Source: Seison nebaliae
Taxonomy: Eukaryota
Length of the DNA stretch: 35,082 bases
Reading direction: 5' to 3'
Assembly (NCBI GenBank): GCA_023231475.1
Contig: JALJEE010001198.1
Coordinates: 1-35,082, forward strand
Shown: piece by piece, positions 26,026 through 35,082 of the stretch
Numbering within the stretch: the stretch's first letter is position 1
Layout of the letters: each line of letters starts with the position of its first letter
Made by a program: the position numbers and the translations under genes
The notes under the pieces: model-generated
Told to the model about the DNA's origin: nothing
Seen by the model: the letters and a program-made list of their open reading frames with translations, nothing else
The model's database searches: none

Positions 26026-27017
26026 TCAAAATGATGATTCTAAAATAATTTGTGAAGATGGTGGAGAGGAAAATGAAGGGAAAATAATATGAATATAATT
26101 TGACCATAAAATGAAATGATGATAACTTGCAGTGAAGTTGGATGAACGAAAAGATGCGAGTGAGGAACAATTTGGATCACACAAATCTTCCACAAACTCT
26201 AAACAATCCATTAAAGAATTATGATCTTTTCCCATATCTCCATAAATATATTTTATGTTTAATTTCTGTGGATTCTTCTCTTTGAATTTGGACATTAAAC
26301 ATTTTAAAATTTCTTCTCAAAAATTTCTTATGGAAATGAAGAAAAAAGAAAAGAACTTGTACAATTATCGATATCAGTTCGACTAGCACGCATTGGTTCA
26401 TAAATGAGAACGTCTTTATATCGACGAATGATTACGTTAAAATGCCAAATATCTTTACGACGGTGGAATGCTGCGAGAATACCGATATTTCCATTACGTA
26501 AAATATCTGGGAGATGAAGGATAATGGAATTGTGAAAGAAATTGGGAACTTAATGCCGCTCGATAATCACGAATACTGGCGAACGGTAATAATTTGAGGA
26601 TTTCATGAGAATATAATTTCTCCTCATTGTTAGGGTCGTATGCGAAAATGGTTTTATTTAAACGATTCTCTAAAACTAATTTCTTAAATTTCGATTTAAC
26701 CAAACTGTTATTGGACGATGAGCGCTATGGAATTGGATAAGACGGAGTGATTGAAGGACAAAGAAGATAAAACTAACACCATTCGGACATTTGAGTTCAC
26801 ACGACGCATCACAAATATCGACATGTTTCGGTTTAATTTTCATAATTAATTTTCTGATATGTTTCAACTCATCTAAAATATCTTTGAGAGATGTAAGTGA
26901 AGCACGTGATTTAGGCGTCACTTGTAATCGGGAAATTGCTTTCTCGTACCGTTCGATGATGTTGTTAATTGGTGATGATAACATATCATAATATCGTTGA
27001 CGACGATCGTCATCCAT
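26026..27017 (-). CDS. Uncharacterised protein (about 255 aa, 4-5 exons)
   Basis: ATG 27017. ORF pieces join in frame through introns 26777-26725 (GTTAGT), 26549-26507 (GTTCCC), 26356-26316 or 26313 (GTTCTT) and probably 26126-26040 (GTTATC). No family recognised. Confidence 0.65.
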
Positions 27018-27218
27018 GTTGAATGAATAATAATTATGTTGAACGAAAGAATGAAAAAGTTTGGAAAGAAAATAAAGTTTTTTTTTGAAAAAAAAATTCT
27101 TTTCCTTTTCATTTCACTTCAGTTTTACAGATTCCGCTACAGTTGTTCCCATCGAATTTTTCTCAAAAGAAAAATTGAATAAGAAAACTCTTTTCTTTCT
27201 TTCTCCTTTTTTATTTTA

Positions 27219-28439
27219 TTAAAAAAAATCAGTAGATTGATATGGAGAATTTTTTTTATGAGGATTCACTCTCCTCTCTGACGCTTCAATCAATTTCCGT
27301 TTAGGTAATCGTTTATTGAAACTTTCTTTCCAACAACGTGAAATGAATTGAGAATGATTCTCATCATTTTTCATTAACGATCTATTCAATTGATTCTCTT
27401 GTTGATCGACGATGATGTTGAAGACCTGATCCAAACATAAATGTTTCGATCCAACTCCCCATTTCACATGGAAGTCGATTGGTAATCGTTCACAATTAAT
27501 ATCTTCTTTTCTTGCTTTCGTTCTTGTTAATTTCTTATTAGCTAATTTATCTACTAAAGCGCCAATAATATAAATAGATGAATTGACAGTAGAAATAATT
27601 TGACGACTATCTGGTGAGAGATAAACTAGACGATTAATTGGAAATAATTCCAAATAAGATTTCTCCGAATGAAATAAAAGAAGATCATCTAATAGAATAT
27701 TTCTTCGAAGGAATTCTTTATAATAATCACCATTTTTCTTCATGTTCGTAAAATAGATGAGTAACGGATCATTCCTCTTCCAATTCTCTCCATAAACAAA
27801 GAGAAGTTGATCGATACAATTACGAATGTCTTGTCGTCTCATATGTTCTTGGAAGGAGAAATCGAATGCTATTATATCGATGTTATTTGAATCATAAATA
27901 AATTGATTGACGAGAGAACAGAAATAAGAACGATGTTGAAGTTTCAGATAATTTTTTGAATATTGACGGAAAGGAGTATGATATCCCGGATAGTTTGTCA
28001 AAGGAATATTCAATTTTTTCATTTCATCTCTCCGTTTAACATTCAATTTCATTCGTTCTCCAATTCTTTTCTTCTTTTCTATTTTCTCTTCCGATCGTTT
28101 CCAGAGAACACAGAGATATTTATAAAAACGTTCACGTCGTTGTTGACTATGAATTTCGATGATTTCATTCCATCGATTATTCGTTTCTACAAATTCGACG
28201 GGCGGAGCTGCTTTTCCCGTTTCTCGACATGTTCGAAGTTCTAATCGAATAACATCCTTTTGCTGATCATATTTCAAATCGGTGAACAGACCCAAATCTC
28301 CATTCAAATATTCCAATAACCATTTCTTATCAGCAGCCAATGATTGTTGAGAACGAAGTTGATGGAAATTCCAAGTTGATTGTCGAAACAATTGTGGACG
28401 TGTCAAAGTCAAGAAAGACAAGAAACACTTCTTTATCAT
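27219..28439 (-). CDS. TRMT10C: Mitochondrial RNase P protein 1 / tRNA m1R9 methyltransferase TRM10 homolog C, single exon
   Basis: Presequence-like N-terminus and basic coiled region. SPOUT TRM10 motifs LVYLSPDS, YIIGALVDK, RLPIDFHVKW, LCLDQV, LPKRK. Confidence 0.85.
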   Translation of the reverse strand: MIKKCFLSFLTLTRPQLFRQSTWNFHQLRSQQSLAADKKWLLEYLNGDLGLFTDLKYDQQKDVIRLELRTCRETGKAAPPVEFVETNNRWNEIIEIHSQQRRERFYKYLCVLWKRSEEKIEKKKRIGERMKLNVKRRDEMKKLNIPLTNYPGYHTPFRQYSKNYLKLQHRSYFCSLVNQFIYDSNNIDIIAFDFSFQEHMRRQDIRNCIDQLLFVYGENWKRNDPLLIYFTNMKKNGDYYKEFLRRNILLDDLLLFHSEKSYLELFPINRLVYLSPDSRQIISTVNSSIYIIGALVDKLANKKLTRTKARKEDINCERLPIDFHVKWGVGSKHLCLDQVFNIIVDQQENQLNRSLMKNDENHSQFISRCWKESFNKRLPKRKLIEASERRVNPHKKNSPYQSTDFF

Positions 28440-28971
28440 TTCTACGGTATAGATAAGTGGTAAAATGGACGAACTTCAGAAATTGAGTAATAACTTTAAA
28501 AATTAGCAAAATTTATTTTGAAATTTTCAAATCACATGTCAATTTATGCTTAAAATTTAAATTATTTAAATTAGAACATAATAGGAAATACTCAAAATTT
28601 TCTCGTATTTAAAGAGAGAGTTTGAGAGGAATATTTTCTAAATCCCACATTTGGAGCTTCTTCTTCAAACCGTTTTCACGATCCGTTCTCTCATGATGAA
28701 AAGTGAAAGATAAACATGAATTCTGACTAATTTCCCTGAAAAGGACAGATTTATTAATTTTCATTAAATTTCATTGTTTAACTTGTGACAACCTGTGTAT
28801 CGGAGGTGAAGGGTAGAACAAAACGATTTATATGCCGATTTCTTCAGGTGACATACTTTCCATATCGTTCAATAATATTGATCGATTTCTTTTCTTGTTT
28901 ATTTTATTCCTTATTTACATATCATATCTAGTCATCGATTAACTTATTAACATTCGATTCCATTATCTACA

Positions 28972-31900
28972 ATGGCATTCGAAGATGGACAAAATGTTTG
29001 GGTACCTGACGTTGACGATGGTTACATTTTGGGCCACATCGTTGACATCGGCGCGTCCACATTTACTATACGATCAATTAACAATCCAGAAAAAATGATT
29101 CAAGCCTCAATCGATCAAGTTTATCCCACCGAACAATATGATCATGATGTTGATGATAATTGTGCTCTCATGTTCCTGAATGAAGCAAATTTATTGAACA
29201 ATATTCGTCGTCGTTATAAACGAGATGCGATTTATGTTAATTCTCTTCTCCCTTCTTCTCCAATCGCCCAATCCATCTAGACTTACGTCGCAAACATCTT
29301 ATTGGCCATCAATCCCTATAAAGATTTGAAGAATTTGTATTCGAAAGAAACCGTCCACAAATACAAAGGCAAATCGTTAGGTGTATTGCCACCACATGTC
29401 TTCGCTATAGGTTCACATTTCTTCTATATCTCTCCGCTCTTTCTTTTCTATGTTCAATACTACCGATAAATATCATATTATTAATATAAATTAGTTAAAA
29501 AATTATTTGAAACTCAAAAGAAAAAATTTGGAGAATTACCTTTTTTTTTATTTTATATTCCTTATAAATTAAAAAAAAAGAGAAATTACAATTTAATTTT
29601 TTTTCTAGCTGACAAATCATATCGTGATATGCGAGCGTTGAAAATCAGTCAGTCGATTATCGTTAGTGGAGAATCGGGAGCTGGTAAAACAGAATCTACC
29701 AAATATATTATCCGGTTTCTTATGGAGAATTGTGGTGATCATTCTGGTTGTATCGAGAAAAGAATTGTTGAATGTTCGTTTTTTTGTCGATTTTGAAAAT
29801 TTCTTATTCTTCTTCTAGCCAATCCATTATTAGAATCGTTCGGAAATGCGAAAACGGCAAGAAACAACAATTCTTCACGTTTTGGTAAGTTTATTGAAAT
29901 TCATTTCGATAAGAAAGTTTTTAATCTTTTCTTCTGCTGCTTATCATTCTGCTTTGATCCTTTTCTTCTTCCCTTCTTTCTTCTTCCCAATTAATCCTCA
30001 TCAGTTTTCCGTTAACGGTGGCTTCATATCACATTACTTATTGGAGAAATCGAGAATATGCATGCAGTCGCCCGATGAGAGGAATTATCATATATTTTAC
30101 AGATTAATTGCTGGTGCCCAAATGGATTTGCGGAAGAAATTACATCTTACAACACCTGACGATTTTTATGTTTCTTTTCAATTTCCATTAATATTCTCAT
30201 TTCTCCTCAGTATCTCAATTCCGGTTGTACACAATATTTCATGAACGGTTCCAATAAGATTGATAAGGATCGTACAAGTATCAATTTCCAAAAATATGGT
30301 TCATTACGAGATACACAAATGAATGATTTCACTGATTTTTGGGAATGTGACAGTGCGATGAGTCAAGTTGGATTGACGGCTGATACAAAATTTCTTATTT
30401 ATCGAACTATCGCTGCTATTCTCCATTTGGGTAACATTCAATTTGATGAGAGTGATGACTCAAAAGATGGTAGTCGAATCGTTGACAATTCGAAAGAATC
30501 TTTAGAATTAACTGCACAAATGATCGATGTATCGATCGATGAATTGAAAAGTCGATTAATTTATCGAACAATCTCCTCAGGTGGAACAGAAATTCAAGTT
30601 CCCTTAAAAGTTCACGAAGCACAAAATGCGAGAGATGCTCTCGCTAAAGCGATCTATTCTCGACTCTTCAATTATTTGGTGGATATCGTTAACAAATCGA
30701 TTCCATATGACGTTTCTAATTCTTTCATCGGAATTTTGGATATTGCTGGATTCGGTTTCTCATTCTCTTCCATTTCCATCATCTAATCATTTTTCATTTA
30801 AAGAATTTTTTCAAATTAATTCCTTCGAACAATTTTGTATTAATTATTGTAATGAAAAATTACAACAATTCTTCAACGAAAGAATTTTGAAAGAAGTTTC
30901 TTCTAATTTCATTTTTAACCAATTCAACTTTCTTTTTTCTTCGAAAGGAACAAGCACTTTATGCGAAAGAAGGACTCAATGTTAAAAAGATTCATTATAT
31001 CGATAATGAAGATTGTATCGGTTTTTCTTAATATTTTTTCGAAAAATTTTTTGAAATTTTTTAAAATTATTTTTTAAGATTTAATTGAAAATCGAATTAA
31101 AGGAGTTTTCCATTTGTTGGATGAGGAAAGTAAATTACCAGCATGTCGTCCTGATCATTTCACTTCAGAAGTTCATTTGAGAAATCGAGGACATTTCAGA
31201 ATTGACGTTAATATTTTGATGATTCTCTAATTCCAAATAATTTTCTTTTGAAGTTTCCAAGAAAGTCTCGATTGAAATGCTATCGCGGATTGAGAGACGA
31301 TGAAGGATTTCTGATTCGTCATTTCGCTGGAGCTGTCGTATATCAGACACACCAATTCATAGAGAAGAATAATGATGCACTTCATCAATCCTTATTATCA
31401 TTAATTCAGGTTTTCATCTTTTTTTTGATTTTTAACAAAAAAAAATTTTTTTCAAATTTTATTATAGAAATCCAACGATGATTTCATTCAGAAATTGTTC
31501 AATGATAATGACGATAAAAAATTGACGTCCACTTATACGAACACTTTCATGACGTCGCCGGAGAAATCGTTGAAAATCGGTCGGTTGGGATTCATCAGCA
31601 TTGGATCGAAATTTCGATCTCAATTGGCGTTGTTGATGGAGAAATTGAAAACGACACGAACTAGTTTCGTCCGATGTGTCAAACCCAATAGCAAAATGGC
31701 GAGTAATGTGTTTGATGGTGGACCGGTGTTGAGTCAATTACAATGTTCGGGAATGACATCGGTGGTGAGTTTGATGCAGCAAGGTTTCCCCTCACGAACT
31801 CAATTTCGTGAATTATATGAAATGTACAAGAAGTTTATGCCAAAAAAAATGATCAAATTAGATCCAAGATTATTTTGTAAAGCGTTATTCCATGCATTGG

Positions 31901-33716
31901 GATTGAACGAGAATGATTACAAATTTGGAATTAGTAAAGTTTTTTTCCGACCGGGAAAATTTGCTGAATTTGACAAAATGCTCCAAACGGATTCAGAGGA
32001 AATTTTGCGGTTAGTTGACGCGGTTGGAAAATGGTTGAGATGTTCAAGATGGAAACGTGCACAATGGGGAGCTTTGAGTGTGATCAAATTGAAGAATAAA
32101 ATAATTTATCGAAGGAATTGTATCGTGAAATTACAAAGTGAATTTCGAGGTTATCTCGTCCGACGACGATACAAAGAACGAATTCGAATGATGAGAGAAA
32201 TTCGAATTCTTATCAATCGTGATGATGAAATGAGAAAATTATTGAAAGAGTTGGACGAGACGATTCGTTTGAAATTGTTGATGAGATTGAATTTGAGTCA
32301 AAAGAAATTAATGGAAATTGAGAATAAGGTCAAATCGGTTAATGACAAACAATTTCATCATGAAGAGATTGACGAGAGCCTATTGAAATTTCGTAAGGAG
32401 ATTAATGAGAATTTCAACGAAATTAAAGAAACGTTAGAGAAAGAGAACATTCGAAAGAAAGAAGAACGTGAAAGACTTCAAATATTGGCAATGGAAATGG
32501 AGCAAGAGAAGGAGAAACAGAGACGATTAAAAGAAGAAGAGGAAGAGAAACGAAAAGATGAACAAATGCGTCAAGAGATCGAAGAACGAAGAAAGAAAGT
32601 GGAGGAGGAATCGAGACGGATTGAAATAGAACGACAGAAAAAAGAAGAAAAACAACTCAAATTAAAAGAACAAGAGAAGTTTAAGAAAGAGGAAGAAGAT
32701 ATTGAGTGTCAGAAAGAAATTGAACAATCCAAACGAGATTTGGAAATGTCAAATCGATTAAAGAATGAATATCGAATCGAAATGGATGACCAACAAGTAA
32801 CAGGAATAACTTCTCCTTCGTCATCATCTGCACCAGTAGCCACCATCGTTGTAACGAAAGATGGTAAATATGATTTAAGTAAATTTAAATATGCCGAATT
32901 GAGAGTTACTATTAACAATTCATGTGATATCGATTTGATCAAAGCTTGTCGTCGCGAATTCCATCGACGACTACACGTCTATCACGCTTGGAAAACGAAA
33001 CATCGACGAAATAGTCTTGCGGCCAGAAATAGTCTAGTTAGTCAACAATTATTAGTTCCCAGCTCAACAAGAACTTCAAATAATAAGACGTCTTCATCTA
33101 TTGTAAATCAGTCATCGAACGACTTGAGTCAATATGACGAGAATGAATTGACGAGAGCTCCTTCTCTACTTCTGAAGGATACGTCTCAAATTAATATTGA
33201 TTTGAAAGCGGAAGGTTAACCAATATATTTCCATTTAATTTTTCATCTTCTTTTTCAGATGATTCACAAAGATACTTTCGTTTATCACACACAACGAATG
33301 ATAGTGTTTGGTATGGTCATTTCGATGGTGAATGGATCGCTAGACAAATGGATGTTTGTAAATTATATTTTAATTCAAATAATTATTTCCAAATATTTTT
33401 TCTCTATCTATTTTTGGCAGGTATTCGTTGAGGGTAAAAGACCAGCTAGACTTCTCGTTGCAGGTGTTGATGATATGTCGATGTTGGAACAAAATTTATC
33501 ATCTACATCATTAACAAAAATTCCCGTTAAATTTCTTTGGAAAACATTCTAATTTTATTTCGATTATTTTAGGGAACGGAAATATTACCATCAGTCTTCG
33601 AAGCGACATGGACACACAATGGTGGCTACAATTATTTATCGGAAAATTTTAGCAACATCTCTTCCAGATATGTCATTCGAATAATGAAGGAAAGACAACA
33701 GAACCTACGTAAATAA
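28972..33716 (+). CDS. MYO6: Unconventional myosin VI (1301 aa, 14 exons)
   Basis: [24 protein letters not shown], insert-2 [19 protein letters not shown], single IQ, E/R/K-rich [26 protein letters not shown]. Introns 29236-29280, 29411-29608, 29774-29818, 29917-30004, 30170-30210, 30755-30803, 30896-30947, 31021-31078, 31207-31253, 31410-31467, 33215-33258, 33354-33420, 33526-33572 (all GTT..AG). Spliced length 3906 nt, in frame. Confidence 0.97.
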
Positions 33717-33919
33717 TTTATTCAGTTTTAGAGACTATTTGGATGGGAAAATTTATTCAGTCCATCACAAAATAAGAATTTTATTTATTGATTTTCATTT
33801 ATCTTCAAATTCCATTCCATTCCAGCAAAGGAAATTTTGTCAATTATTATTTCATTAAATTTATCCTTTTTTCAGTTCATTATTCATTTTATTGAATTTC
33901 CTTATACTTTCTTAATACA

Positions 33920-34680
33920 AACTTACGGTCGAACGTATGTGACAGAGTTTCTGTTTCCACTCGTTGGTTGAGATAAACACATTCAGGTTGTTGTTACCTG
34001 CGAAGGTAATTTCTTCGTATGGTAGGCATTCCTTGTTCGGTGATGGAGTTCCGGTTCGGTTTTTCTATTCCTTCATCATCCCCTCCAAACAGTTAATGTT
34101 ATGGATAATATGAAGGTATTTTTGTGGGCATGCTACTACTGACGCAGTTTTTCTGCATCTCTCCTCGTCGATTTCGTAGTAGATTCCTTTAGCGATATTG
34201 TAGATTACCTTCTCCGGTAATTTAATTTTACAGTGATAAAACATATTAGTAAAATATCCAATATTCGTGATTTCGTATTCCAATAAGTTCGCATATGTAA
34301 GGGTGCTTTTGGAATCGAAACTAAAAGGGATAATGTCCATGATTTTTGGTCTACCTTCATAATGTGCGCTCTGGCCATAGTGTAAAACGTCGTGGCGTCT
34401 TTGCACGCCAATATCTTATCCAGTTTCCATTGCTTACATGCTTGGAGTATTTGATGTAGATGGATTAATTCTGGCGTTAATCTTGCCGTCCGGGTAACTT
34501 CTAATAATGCTTCCATTATTTCTTTTGTTTTTATCTTTTCTTCGACCCCGTGTATTTCCTTCTCTAACTCGGAAGTACTATGTAACATCTCATCTATTAC
34601 ATCGGCGATTTTATTCTGATTTTCCTTGATTTGGTTAAATCGGGTATTTACTTCTTTGGTGAAGTGAGCCATATTGTCTA
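33920..34680 (-). pseudogene. Decayed env/F-like glycoprotein fragment of a probable LTR retroelement or endogenous virus
   Basis: A heptad coiled coil, then LTPELI...LSLLVSIP, a frameshift near 34310 into YEITNIGYF...CKIKLPEKVIY...YYEIDEERC...CP...CL, and an in-frame stop at 34065-34067. The layout resembles Gypsy/errantivirus env ectodomains; resemblance only. Confidence 0.45.
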
Positions 34681-34810
34681 AGAACGTATTTCCGAACTTT
34701 CTCTTTTCTACCAAAAATTGAGAAAACAGACCGTATTTCCAATTTTTTTTCTCTCTCTTTAAAAAACATTTTCTGTATACAAACAAATGGGACTCTTCGT
34801 GCTCTAGTAG

Positions 34811-35082
34811 TGTTTCATAAATTATTTATATATATTTCTGTACGAATTTCTGTCGAAGGAGTGTGGGGATAGTACTTTTATTATCGGTGGAGACTTTAAC
34901 CTCTCTCCTATGGATATTAAATTATTATTACAGAGTGGTAAAGATATATGTAAGGCATTTGAATGTTCCTTTGTCGATCTACTTTGGTGTGAAAAAGAAT
35001 CAATCACTTTCAATTCTAATAGAGGAAGTTCATGGATCGATCACTTTCTTATTTCGAATAAGGTTCTTGATCAAGTAACCGA
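34811..35082 (+). mobile_element. LINE APE-type endonuclease fragment, 5'-truncated, running off the right edge
   Basis: Frame not in the ORF track: FLYEFLSKECGDSTFIIGGDFNL...SFVDLLWCEKESITFNSNRGSSWIDHFLIS, with GDFN and SWIDH motifs. Confidence 0.88.

Noticed and set aside
28867..28930. Possible GTT..TAG intron in the MYO6 5' UTR
   Set aside because: Fits the pattern but has no reading-frame constraint, so it was not counted.
33300..33330. Myosin VI cargo motif reads VWY instead of WWY
   Set aside because: The first position varies among invertebrate myosin VI proteins and the central Trp is kept.
29236..33572. U12-type (minor) intron explanation for the odd donors
   Set aside because: No RTATCCTT donor or TCCTTAAC branch consensus; positions +4 onward are variable.
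10019..33716. Fragmented ORFs read as pseudogenes, frameshifting or an alternative genetic code
   Set aside because: Every break in the cellular genes is resolved by a short GT..AG intron giving full-length in-frame proteins. TGG encodes the conserved Trp residues, and genes end in standard stops.
1..35082. CRISPR arrays, tRNA, rRNA or snRNA genes
   Set aside because: No repeat-spacer structure or recognisable structured RNA gene seen by eye. A covariance-model search would be needed to exclude divergent snRNAs.

Overview
AT-rich, gene-dense animal genomic DNA, not prokaryotic. The metazoan call rests on myosin VI, androglobin and DNAJC12; I cannot identify the species. I reconstructed ten protein-coding genes by hand: GCSH (-), an intronless polyQ/tandem MATH-like gene (+), androglobin (+), DNAJC12 (+), inositol-3-phosphate synthase (-), SYS1 (+), a PP1 glycogen-targeting subunit (+), an orphan gene (-), TRMT10C (-) and myosin VI (+). 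Both edges carry transposon debris: outward-facing LINE endonuclease fragments, a hairpin/MITE-like element and a decayed env-like ORF. The main signal is the splicing code. Of 37 inferred introns, 36 begin GTT and one begins GTC; none begins GTA or GTG, and +5G is mostly absent. Perfect canonical donors (GTAAGT, GTGAGT) sit unused inside conserved exons, which suggests rewired 5' splice-site recognition. Secondary findings are an androglobin that appears to lack its heme-ligating His and an RFX X-box plus forkhead site inside it. All gene models are manual and lack RNA evidence.
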